DNA of 63,576 bases, filler included, from Octopus bimaculoides (Eukaryota), in NCBI RefSeq assembly GCF_001194135.2. It is 4 parts of 4 records of this genome, joined end to end, with 100 filler letters (N's around TTAATTAATTAA, not from the genome) between each part and the next. Parts side by side here need not be neighbours in the genome. Positions count along the whole stretch, not along the records: positions 22,073 to 25,330 come from NC_069009.1; positions 25,431 to 56,618 come from NC_069006.1; 2 more parts are not named here. One strand, written 5' to 3'. Shown here one piece after another: positions 22,080-34,363 of this stretch. The notes below the pieces were generated by a model. It saw only the letters and a program-made list of their open reading frames with translations. It was not told the origin of the DNA and did not search any database. The number at the start of each line of letters is the position of its first letter. Positions within the stretch are counted from its first letter, which is position 1. The position numbers and the translations under genes were made by a program.

Positions 22080-23430
22080 ACCGAAAATGCCATTAGATAC
22101 CGGTTCAGGTGTATCGATAATTAATACATCAATATCGATTAAGATAGGAAGGGCGTTATATAAAAAATACTAAAATATTTCCCTGTGTATCGGGGGAACG
22201 AGTTCAATTCTTGGGTGAAATTGCGCTATAAATAAAACTTAAAGAAATGACTCAGAAAAGTAAAATAATTGTATTTAAAAATACAATGAATCTGTTCAGC
22301 ACAGATTTAATGGAAAAATTCGACCTGTGGGATCCTCCATTGAATACATTATGTAAGAAGGTGAACGTGTCACATTCCGTGTCAGATAATGCGTCGGAAA
22401 ATTTGAAATTAAAATTAAAGAAGATATACCCCGATGTCATCTCGGAAAGAACTCGGAACGTGTAAAAAAGTCACAGTAAAATGTGAGTTGAAAGAAAATG
22501 TTGTTCCGGTGTTCAAACCTAAAAGAAATGTGCCTTTTGTGGCGTTACGTCAAGTTGAGAAGGAACTAAAAAGATTGGAAAACATGGGTGTAATTGAAAA
22601 AGTAGACTACTCAGAATAGGTGGCTGCTACTGTATATATGAATAAAGAAAAACAACAAAATAAGAGTGTACTGGGCCAAACTGTAGTACTGGACCAAACC
22701 AAACGCATAGCATTTTTATCAGTCCGTCCGTCCGCCGTCCAATGAAGGTGTTGAATGACATCGACTTGCCTCTCGCAGTACCGAGTTGTAAGCTGACCGA
22801 CTTATCCCGGTTAATTTTTGCCCCTGCCACTGCTTCATATTCCCTTAAGGCCTTACCTACCCACTGTAGGTGTTCGACCCGGGATACGATGACAGTGCGG
22901 ACTTCTCAACAGATCTTAATGACTGTTTAAAAAATTACACCTCCAAGTTTTCAAATCTAGAAGAAATTTTTGTTAAATGCAATGGTGGAAATTTCTTTGC
23001 CGAGCTGGATTTGTCAGAGGGCTACGTCCATATATTGGTGGATGAGCAATTAATACGCATAAAGGTCTGTACCGTTTCAATAAAACTGACATTTGGGGTT
23101 AAGGTCGCACTAGCAATATATCAACATGTGATGGACACTATGCTAACAGACTGTGAGTTTGAGGTCCCATACTTGGATCAAAAGTGAATCGAGCGGCCAG
23201 CATTTTGAACATATTAAAAATGTCTTGGAAAGAATAAGCGGCAATGGATTTGAAGTAAGTGAAAATAAATACGATTGTTTAAACAAAAATAAAGTAGTTG
23301 GACAAGTGATCGATAAAAACGGACGAAAACCAGAATCTTCTAGAGTCGGCCCGATAAAATCAAAGTTCCGAAATCTTCGGATATCACACAGTTGTGTGTG
23401 GAACAGTTTCTCTGTCTTGCTCACATCTTA
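22080..23430 (+). mobile_element. Degenerate Ty3/Gypsy LTR-retrotransposon pol (protease-RT), interrupted by an L1/Tx1 fragment
   Basis: LDTGSGVSII (protease), PVFKPKRNVPF...KELKRLENMGVIEKVDYSE, ADFSTDLND, FAELDLSEGY, FGVKVALAIYQHVMDTML...PYLD; multiple stops and frameshifts; no LTRs seen. Confidence 0.9.
22670..22893 (-). mobile_element. L1/Tx1-clade ORF2 fragment (RT region after YADD) inserted in the Gypsy RT
   Basis: VIVSRVEHLQWVGKALREYEAVAGAKINRDKSVSLQLGT...MLCVWFGP; the flanks rejoin the Gypsy ...KxRV|CADFS segment. Confidence 0.75.
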
Positions 23431-25130
23431 GCCAAGTTGGCGTGGATTAAATAACAAGCCTCTAAAGTTTATTATAAATTGGTAAGATTCCTCAGCTAAA
23501 TTGCCATGCCAGGGACGTCTGGAAATTATCCATAGGCCCTGGCCCGGCACAAGACAGCATGTTTAATGTCATCGAAACCCATGGTTTCTCCCAGGGTGTC
23601 ATCACACTTGAACTCTACCGTGCCTCTATAAAATGACGAGGTAGGACCACCGCTGCCGTCTGGGAAAGGAGCAAGAGTGCCTGACGACACTTCACTTGCC
23701 AAGCACTCAACTTCGGTCTACGATTACTCCATGGATTCAGTTCACGAAAAGAGGAGAACCGCGGAAGCAACAGACTGACAAACGGAGACCACTCCTGTTC
23801 ACCGTTCCGGTAGAATCACTGTTGCCTCTGCGCATGCCTGCGCATTTGTAGCCATGGCATACCCTACTAAATAGAGCGCCTTACAAGAGGTCCCCTTCCC
23901 ATCCACAAAAAGCGGAAGAGCATTTGTTCCAACTAGTTCAGCCACGAATCTGGCCAAGGCAGGACGATTAGGTGGTAGATAATTACAGATGCGATAAACA
24001 CACCTGTAACCTCTACCCTCCCTTTGAGAGAGAGCTTCTATTACCTGAGTAAGAAAAGCCAACTTGCCCTCACCTAGCGGCATACCTCTCATAACCTTCA
24101 GCTTTCACAGCAATGTCTTGAGGGACAAAACATGCAGAAGAGGGGAGAGAGGACATCCTTGCCGTACCGAGCGCTCAATGCTGAACAGTTCCGAAATCAA
24201 ACAGCACACCCGAACGATCGATTTGATGTTGCTATATAAATTGGTGATCCACCCAAGGAAGGGTGAGCCAAACCCGGCTGCCGCAAAGACCACCACTAGA
24301 AACTGATGGTCAACCCTATGAAACGCTTTATATTGGTCAAAATGGGTCATAGCTTTACCATTCCAGGAATTGTACTTACCCTCTCTAAGGTATAGCGTAT
24401 AAGGTAAAGACTGTCGTGAATTGACCTACGAGGCTTGTACCTCCCAAACAAGTCCACCCAACCTTTTTACTAATTCCTTGGCCAAAATCTTCAGTTCTGT
24501 GTAAAGCAGAGTGATGGGCCTAAAATTACCAATTACAGCCCCTTTATTTTAGTCCTTTCTTAGCAGCGTCATAATCCCCTGGCACACAGACTTGGGAATA
24601 CACCTGTTCTGTTTCCAGTTGGAATAGACGCATGCAAGCAGGTGCCCAAACATGTCTGGCATAGTGTAATACAGTTCGTATCGGCCTTTCACAGCTGGTA
24701 TCGGCCTCTCGCAATATTCCGCTTCCCGCTCTGAGAGACACGTGAAACCGACGAGTCCGTGAGGTCCTCCCTACGCTCCGTCTCACCACCCCACCGCGCC
24801 TCACGAAAAAACTGTGTGAAATTTTCGTGGAACACTTTGCACATCTCGGGCTTGTTTAATGAGTGCTCATGTTGGTCCCTCAAAAGTCTTATTGTTGCAA
24901 TATTTCCACGTTGAGTGCCTGACACATGGGTCCATCTGGCAATGTTGATTCTCTCTTGTCCCATTTCACGCAACATACTCCTGGCAATGCATCCTTCGTG
25001 ATTAGCTTTGAGATGTTGGTCGAGTGCCAACCGCACAGCTAAAATTCTGGATGCAGAGCCTGACCGCATTGCCTCTTCTAGCGCCTTAACTCAAACCAAT
25101 TCTATTCTATTCAATTACTAACTAGATCTT
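23430..25130 (-). mobile_element. Degenerate L1/Tx1-clade LINE ORF2 (RT), internally deleted
   Basis: FDQYKAFHRVDH...SVRQGCPLSPLL at 24105-24350; upstream linker and RT fragments at 24400-25070; frameshifted. Confidence 0.85.
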
Positions 25131-28100
25131 TACTAAATCACATGGACTCAAATGTAATGGCTCTTTAGAGTGCATACCACAATTTGTTGTAAATAATGGT
25201 ACCAGTCAATGCCCTCATCACTAACTGCCTAACCCGGTTCAGGTAGGCTTCACAGGCCCAAATCGACTTGTTTAACTTCTAGTAACCTGGTCCCTGTCTA
25301 CACAAACTCTCTAAGTCAAATCTGTACGTTNNNNNNNNNNNNNNNNNNNNNNNNNNNNNNNNNNNNNNNNNNNNTTAATTAATTAANNNNNNNNNNNNNN
25401 NNNNNNNNNNNNNNNNNNNNNNNNNNNNNNTTTCAGCAAGGACATAAGAGAGAAAGTAAAAGAGACAGTGAGTAGTGATGGCGTCTGTGTTTTCTGTGAA
25501 TTTTTCATAGGTCCAGCTAGTTATTATTATTATTATTATCCCCCCCCCCCAGTTTCCAATTTTTGTTTGGTCTTCCCACTATGTTAAACTGTCTACACTA
25601 CTCCTGGCTCAGCATGTATTGTAACAGCTAACCAACCAACCAACCAACCAACCAACCCTTCTATCATCATCATCATCATTTTAGTGTCCACTTTTTCATG
25701 CTTGCATGGATCAGATGGGATTTGTTGAGGCAGATTTTTAGTACTCATTATGAGTATTATTTGATTTATTTTTGACTCCTCTTCCTCTATCAATCGGAAA
25801 TCTCCAACTCCCTCATTACTTAAGTAACAAGATGTGGTGGCCTTTATGCAGTTGGTCAGACTGCTAGAAGTAGCAGCTCAAGTTACTCATTATCATCTTA
25901 ACAAAAGGGTGAAGGGTACTATTGGCAACATTGTCCTAGATATACAGTCTGAATAGAAATTGGGAGAGTCAGGGGAGGAATAATTTTAATCATATATGTC
26001 TGATCAGCCAGGACTGACTCTGCGAGTCAGACAACACCTCCACCACCACCATCATCAACAACTATAAAGAACTGCAAAAAAAAACTAACCCTAATTCATT
26101 GGCTTTCACCTCTGATTTAACTTGTAGAAGCTTTTAGAAATAACACTCTTTCTTTTATACATGAAGCAACTATTAATTCACCTTCCACATTGCTGGGTTT
26201 TACCCAATGACAAGCTCTTTTAAATGTGAAAACTGTTAAAGAATATACATTTTAACATGTGTTGTTGCCAAACAATTTGGCACCACAGCTGTAAAAAACA
26301 TTATTTCCAAGCTATAAACCAGGGTTTTTGTTTTCTTCTTCTCCTTGGTTGAGTTTTTTTTTTAATTATTTTTTTTTTTAGGAAAATCTTGACTTAGATT
26401 TAAAAGAGAGATTAACACACACACACACACACACACACGTCTTAATTTTGGCCATCCAGGTTTGGAGTTGTGGCTTAGGGTTAGCAGCACTGCTGTATAA
26501 AAAGCACTTCTTGCCGAGAGGGCAAAAAGAGGAGAGAGTGTGTGATGCATAAATACAAAACAAAACAAATAAGTTCCCTGCACCGCACTTGTCTTGAGCA
26601 AGTGGGGTGCAGGGGTAAAGAGGTTCTTTACTGTTGATATCCTTCAGTCAAATCCCTTCAAGGGAAACTAGTGGATTGAGAAAAGAATTAAAGAAGGGAT
26701 TAGCTGGTTTCTGTTAGAAAGGGTTGCACAGGACAGGAGGACTCGAAAGGTATATGTTGATGGACTGCATACTACAGATGAACATAATATGAGATGACAC
26801 ATTCTGATTGGAATGATCAAGTCACTGGCTTTATCACCATCATCATCATCATTGTTGTTTTTACTTCTTACATCTGCTTTTGTTATGCTGAAATTTATTG
26901 AAGCAGTGTTATTCAGCTGGATGCTCTTCTCGTCACCAACCCTTGTCTGTTTTTTAAGTAATATCGTTTATAGTCCACTGGTCTCCAATGAAATTGCTGA
27001 GCTACAGAATATATTATGTGCTGGAGATATACACATCACAGGCATCCAGTGTTCATGTGAAGATAAAGTATAGATATAAAAAACTCACAAACATACACTC
27101 TGTTTGTCTCTTTCAGTATGTGTGTATGTGTGTGTGTGATGGACTCTCATACAGTTCCATCTACCAGTTTCAGCCAAAGGTGCCATGCTGGAATCTGAAA
27201 ACTCATAGTTACAGTGTGAACTTTGCAACATTTATTTGGAAGTTGTTAATAGAAAAAAGCACCCAAAAGTAAAACCCCATGCTTATATACATACCCCTGT
27301 TATATATCATTTTGTGCTATGACAAATCTGTTCCGCTTTTGGAAATGCAAAATTCCCAGTTAAAATGCTTGAGAAATGCATGATCATCATATAATCTAGT
27401 TTTCTCTCTGTGTATATCTGAGATGTTAGGAAGCATTCACTATCTGATTAATAATCATTAAATATGCCCACACAGTCATAATCGTCATGTATAATACATA
27501 CATGCTTATCACATATGCATTTATTATATGCATACATACACATTATACACAAACTCTTATCACAGCTCATCATATGCATACATTAAATACACATCCCAGA
27601 TACATTAAATATNNNNNNNNNNNNNNNNNNNNNNNNNNNNNNNNNNNNNNNNNNNNNNNNNNNNNNNNNNNNNNNNNNNNNNNNNNNNNNNNNNNNNNNN
27701 NNNNNNNNNNNNNNNNNNNNNNNNNNNNNNNNNNNNNNNNNNNNNNNNNNNNNNNNNNNNNNNNNNNNNNNNNNNNNNNNNNNNNNNNNNNNNNNNNNNN
27801 NNNNNNNNNNNNNNNNNNNNNNNNNNNNNNNNNNNNNNNNNNNNNNNNNNNNNNNNNNNNNNNNNNNNNNNNNNNNNNNNNNNNNNNNNNNNNNNNNNNN
27901 NNNNNNNNNNNNNNNNNNNNNNNNNNNNNNNNNNNNNNNNNNNNNNNNNNNNNNNNNNNNNNNNNNNNNNNNNNNNNNNNNNNNNNNNNNNNNNNNNNNN
28001 NNNNNNNNNNNNNNNNNNNNNNNNNNNNNNNNNNNNNNNNNNNNNNNNNNNNNNNNNNNNNNNNNNNNNNNNNNNNNNNNNNNNNNNNNNNNNNNNNNNN

Positions 28101-28227
28101 NNNNNNNNNNNNNNNNNNNNNNNNNNNNNNNNNNNNNNNNNNNNNNNNNNNNNNNNNNNNNNNNNNNNNNNNNNNNNNNNNNNNNNNNNNNNNNNNNNNN
28201 NNNNNNNNNNNNNNNNNNNNNNNNNNN

Positions 28228-28274
<47 letters not shown>

Positions 28275-29659
28275 GCTTATATGGGTACATGAAGTCACTA
28301 ACTAAAAAACATGAAATATTTTATCTGACTGGTGTCTGTACGTCCAAATTTCACTTGCAAGGCTTGGGTTAATCCCAGGTTATGACCAAGACATTTTGAC
28401 TCAAATGTCACAGGGTGGGGCCTGAATCTGGGACTACATGGTTTTGAAACAAACTTCTTAAGCTTTGCATGCATACACACACACACTCACACACACACAC
28501 ACCCCTATCTATCTATCTATCCACACCTCATTCAAAGCGTTGATGCAGGAGACTGAAATGAATCTTCTCTCCTTCTCTCCACCCTGTCTTTCTCTTTTTC
28601 CTCATCTCCTTTCCGATAGAAAGCTATGCCAACTTGAGAAATAGGACCATGTAGAGGAAGGTCAAGGTCTTATAGTTGAACTACATCCCTCTTTCCCTAC
28701 TCTTATATTCCTCTTCCTGCTACTCCCAGCCCTGACTTGGGAGCTTGTGTTAAGGGCCACCCCTCTACTAGCAGCTGATTATCCTAGCAGCCTTCTTCCT
28801 TGTTACTGTACTATTACTACTACTACTATTATCACCATCACCACCATGACCACCTTCTCATTATATCTGTATTCCAGTGTTTTCTAGTAGTCTCTTTTCT
28901 GCTCCCACTCTAACATGCATGAACAGGAGCACATGCATGCACATAGGCTTTTTCCACTTGCTCTTTTATTTTCTCTCTCTCTCTCAGTGTTTCCCAGAAA
29001 ACAACAATAGCTACCTAATCTATCATGGATTATCTGTCCATCTTGATTATTAGCATTTATTGTAATAATAATAATTATCGTTATTATTGTTGTTGTTGTT
29101 AACATTTGTTGTACTCTTCAAATTAAGCAGCTATCATATTACTATTTATGATTATTATTAGAGCATCAGTTAAAATGCTTTGCTGCATTTATTCTGGTAC
29201 TCTACGTTCTCAGTCCAACTCTTTCTGAGGTTCTCTCTCATTCTTTCAGGGTTGATATAGAAGTAGAGCTCCTGTGAAGTACTGGGGTTCACTAGAAATT
29301 TGGTGTTTTGTACCTGTATTAGAAATAATTATTGCCAAAGGTCACTGACTGAATGGCAGAATTGTCAGAGCTTTGAACAAAATTTCTCAGTGGCATGTAG
29401 TTATGGCCCTTTGCATTCTGAATTCATATCTCGCTGAAGCCAGCTTTGCCTCTCACTTTTCTGAAGTAAATAACATAAAGTGATAATCGACATAATTGAC
29501 TCTACCCCTCCCTCCTCCAAATTTCTGGTTTGTTCTTATGTATGAAATTATTATGGGACAAAATATTGAAGACTGAGCATTACAAAGGAGATAACAAAGG
29601 ACTGAGATATCTGGTGCCTTGCTGTACTCAAGAAGATCCATCCACCACAGCAGAATTGA

Positions 29660-29865
29660 TACCAATGCTGGTGGCACATAAAAAGCGCTGGTGCCACATA
29701 AAAAGCACCCAGTACACTCTCTGGAGTGGATGGCACCAGGAAGCCATGCCAGAACAGACAATGGAGCCTGGTGTGGCCCCTGGCTTATCAGCTCTGGCCA
29801 AACCGTCCAACCCATGCCAGCATGGAAAATGGATGTTAAATGATGATGATGATGATGATGATGAT
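29660..29865 (+). mobile_element. 3' part of a further SINE-like repeat with (GAT)n tail
   Basis: aaccgtccaacccatgccagcatggaaaatggatgttaaat(gat)n; an inverted partial copy lies at ~25675-25740. Confidence 0.5.
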
Positions 29866-31227
29866 GGAAACTGGGTCTTTAGTTTATATGTGGAGCATTC
29901 CTGGTTATCACATCAGTTAAAGAGCATTTCCAACTCTTTTACTGCACTTAGTTTATGAGTCAGACTGTATAAAAAAAAATGCTTTCTTTTTTCTGCTTAT
30001 GCCAGAAGAGATTGCATGTGAAAGGTATCAACTGTTTCATGCATGAAATATTTTGGTTGTAAGGCATTATTTTTGTTCCCATGATTCAATGTTATCTCTA
30101 AGCTACTATGTTAATAATTGCTATCATTGTTGTAGTCATAAAAAATAGTTCCTTATAATGTATCTAGTTGTATATATATCTACATCAACTTATTTACTTA
30201 CGTGTGCATTTGTGGAGCATAGGTTGGGTTTTAGTGGTCATGATTCTCTAGCCATTTATACGAATGCATTCTTTTTGTTTCTGTTGGTCATTTTTGCATT
30301 TGGTTTGCTAGAAGCAGTTATGTGCAAGTGTGTGTGTGTGGAGCATAAGTGGGATTTTAGTGATCATGAATCTGACACATCTTCTGTTAGTTTTCCCAAC
30401 ACTATGGTTCTTGATCACTTGATCATTTCCTACTCTTACTTTAAAATCACCTATTACATGATTTTGTCTTGTTTTGGGTATTCTACAAAGTGCCTAATAA
30501 AATCAGACTTTACGAAGAATATCAGATGGCAGCATTAGTATGTTGGTGCTCATTAATGTGACTTAGCACAGAGAATACTCAGTAATTCTAAAACCACACT
30601 TGGGATAACCTTCCAGAAGATGAGGTAGCTTGATCTCAGTAAGTTTACAATGTCTAAATTAGCTTCTTAGCTCGCTAACTCTGAGAGCTGTTTGATACTG
30701 GGTCAGCTTGTCAAGTTGATGACTATCAAGTAATATTCTTATATTCCTCATGAGAAGCCTGAGTGGCATATTTTGTTTAGTTGTCTTTTTGGCTGTTATA
30801 TGAGATGTTCTTCTTGATTGTTGTGACTTCCTGTTCAGGAACTAGGCTGAATGGATGATTTTTAGGTCACCTGTTTTAGTTACTTCTGTGACTAAGGTGA
30901 ACTACATGATTCCTAAATAGGATTACTTAGTTGCACAAGTTCTGTGCTGGAATCACAATTAACAGTAACCATTACCTTGTACTTCCGATTTGTAGAGTTA
31001 TGACCAGAAGCTTACAATACGTCCAGGTCTGCTGTTGCTAGACTTCCCATCACTGCCAAGGTTTATAGGAATACAAGAACTAAGATCCATGTAGCAGGAG
31101 AAGATACCTGTGCAATAAAGCTTTATTGAGAGTACCCCTCCTTCCCAGATCACTATATTCAGTGTGAAAGTGATAGACCTAAGAGTAAAGGTGATCCAAA
31201 ACAACTGGTGCAAGAGGCTGCTGGAGG

Positions 31228-31431
31228 ATTTAAACTGGCCATATCCAGCCCAAAATATTCTACCTGTTCAATATTAAAACCGGTCAGATCTGGCCTCTCA
31301 CATTTACTGGACAGAGTCATTCAAAACATAGCAAATGACATCAGTGAAATCTTAAAACTATGATTAATTCAATACAAAGTGAATAAATAAGTATTACATT
31401 TGACCGAATAGTCTTAATGCTAAAGGGTTAA
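31228..31431. mobile_element. piggyBac-type MITE fragment (ends ...gctaaaGGG|TTAA)
   Basis: GGG-TTAA end at 31425-31431; related copies at ~42061-42240 and, inverted, ~50205-50375. Confidence 0.5.
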
Positions 31432-32193
31432 AACTAACTGCTACCCCACCGCACCTGTGAAAATGTGCTCCCATAGCTTTTGCTCTTCTGGGACCCACCT
31501 ATCAGCAAAGCAGTGATTGATAAATTCTAAGTTGTATCCATCACAGTAACCCTATACACTCTATCTCTGAGCCCTCTGCTGCTCTGAGATCCTCTGCCAC
31601 TTTAGCCTAGAACGTTGTGAGTAGTTGTGGCAGGAGTGTTGGAGAGATAGAGGCTGTATACAAGCATGGAATACTGTCATACATAGGCTATTTTTCACTT
31701 TGTCTATGGGCTAACCAGTGGCAGTGAGGTGTAAGAGAATTATTTGCAAGCTCTACTATATTAGATACATCATATTACTCATACACTTGTGGCTCTTCAT
31801 TGGTTTTGACAATGATTACTTGAATTGTTCAATCAACTGAATTATAGCGTAAGTGGCTGAGTATTCCACAAGCATTTGTGTTCTTAATGTAATTCTCAAG
31901 CAGAATCTATGTCACTGTGTATGACGAGATTGACTATTTGGATTACTGGTAGGGTACATCTGATAGACTGCTCAGTCACACTCTTAAAGCTTGGTTTGAA
32001 TAGACGATATGTAGAAGATACTTGTTTCAGATGCTGTGCAAACAGATTGAACCTTGGACCTCACAATTATGAACTACACATTTTAAGTGCCCAACCATGC
32101 CTGCACCATACGAACACCAACTGGTCTGCCTTCCATCCATCCACATACCATACCACACATGGGTGAATAAATGTTTACATTTATTTATTTATG

Positions 32194-32259
<66 letters not shown>

Positions 32260-33379
32260 GTATATAAATGTGCTTATGTCTATATACACACATGTATATT
32301 TGTGTTTGTGTGTCGTGTATACAGATATGTGTTTGTTGGAGTTATGAAACATAAAAAGATATCATTTGATTGTTTGGTGAGAAACTTTTGGGTAACAGTA
32401 TACTGTGTTTAGCTTAGAATATCAATGAATAAGATAAACGCTCTTACATATTCATATGGGGCTTGAAAATGGTACACTGCATTCCACAGGATATGTGGTG
32501 TGTAAATGAATGCCTGCCTATGTGTAAAATTTTTGTATCATCATTTTACATTTGTTTTTCCATGGTAGCATGTGTTGCCAGCATGAAAAAAAGGGAAAAA
32601 AATATATATATTGTATATCTTGTACTTTATGTAAATATACATCTCAAGCCTAGCAGTGTTTATCTGCTTGTCTGTGTGTGTGTGTGTGTGTGTACACTTT
32701 TATTCTTTTACTTGTTTCAGTCATTTGACTGCAGCCATGCTGGAGCACTGCCTTGAAAGGTTTTAATAGAACAAATCGATTCGAGGACTTTTTAAGCCTG
32801 GGACATATTCCATCAGTCTTTTTTTGCTGAGCTACTAAGTTATGGGGACATAAACATACCAGCACCAGTTATCAAATGGTGATGGGAGGGCAAATATAGA
32901 CATTCACACATAAAAATACACACACACACACACACATATATGCCACACAGTGGGACTCAACAAAGAACCATGGGCAAGTGTCTTCTACTCTTGTGAGTGG
33001 ATTTGGTAGACAGAAACTGAGTCCCACTGCGTGGCACACAAACGAACCCACATACACACGCAAATGAACCCACACATAACTCCTACACATACACAACATG
33101 CACTCACACACACACACACACACAAGTATACATACATACACACACGCACACACACAAGACACATACACACACATGTAGAAACGAACCCACTTACACACAC
33201 ATGCAAATGAACCCACATATAGCTCCTACACACACACACACACACACACACACTAACAGATAAATAGCCAAACCACGCACACACACACACACACATACAC
33301 ATACATACGTACACACACGTTCTGTTATTACACACACACACACAGAACACCGCGCACGCACACATATTTACCTCCCTCT

Positions 33380-33630
33380 TGCACTCTCCTGTCTTAGAAA
33401 GAACTTTTCCTCCACCACTTCCCCTTCCGGTCCTTCCACAATATAACCTCGTGGACATCGGTGGCGATTTTTTTCTTCCTCCGTTTTTCCCTTCTTTGAA
33501 CTTTCCTTGTTTCCGACGAAGAGCTCCGCTCGAAACGCCATACTCTCTCTCTTTCCTTTCCCGAGCGTCTAGTAACACTATCTGTATCACGTCCTCACGT
33601 TGTTGTTTTTTGTCTTTTTCCTTTTTTTGA
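33380..33630 (+). mobile_element. Penelope-like element terminal fragment with hammerhead-like core (copy 2)
   Basis: Homologous to 32-215; CCGACGA-A-GAGC/TCC/GCTC-GAAACGCC at 33513-33539. Confidence 0.5.
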
Positions 33631-33635
33631 ACCTA

Positions 33636-33677
<42 letters not shown>

Positions 33678-33894
33678 AAAAGGGAAGTAAAGAAAGCTTC
33701 TAACAATGCAGAAAGTTTTGCTAAAAAACCCGTTATATTTTGGGTGCAAAGGCTCTCTTTATTTCGCCTTTCTTTCATTTTCGACTTCTGTATTACAGTG
33801 CTCTTATTCTATATATGTATTCTTTATTCTTTTAATGATTTCAATCATAGACTTGCAGCCATGCTGGAGCACTGCCTTAACTTATTTTCTATCA

Positions 33895-34100
33895 GTTTTG
33901 TTGCTTTCTGGTAGGATGCTGGCCTATGATTGAATTTGTAGCAGTTGATCTTCTGAATGCATCCTTGAATGCTTGGCTGGTCTGGTATCGTCGTCAGGTG
34001 TCTATTCAATGTTTCAGTAGAGGTTCTTTTTATACTTCTGATTTCTCTAGGTAAGCAGTTGAAAAGTTTCGGACCTCTACATATCAGACTGGTACAATAG
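33895..34100 (-). mobile_element. CR1/L2/Jockey-group LINE ORF2 C-terminal fragment
   Basis: Translates to ...RGPKLFNCLPREIRSIKR...TTIPDQPSIQG, the typical GPxLFNxLP...IPDxP tail. Confidence 0.55.
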
Positions 34101-34324
34101 TGTTTTTGTTTGTGATTTCAAAACTCTTTCTCTCTCTCCCTCTCTTTCTCTCTCTCTCTTTCTCTCTCTCTCTCAACTTGTCAATAAATTGTTATTGTCC
34201 GACTGTACACTGTTCACTTCCTATTTTCTATACCTGCTACACACTGCTTGAAGTTTATAAGCTTCCTACATTCGGATTCCTGGATTTTACCTTTATATAT
34301 GTTGTGAGTGTGTGGTTGCATATA

Positions 34325-34363
<39 letters not shown>

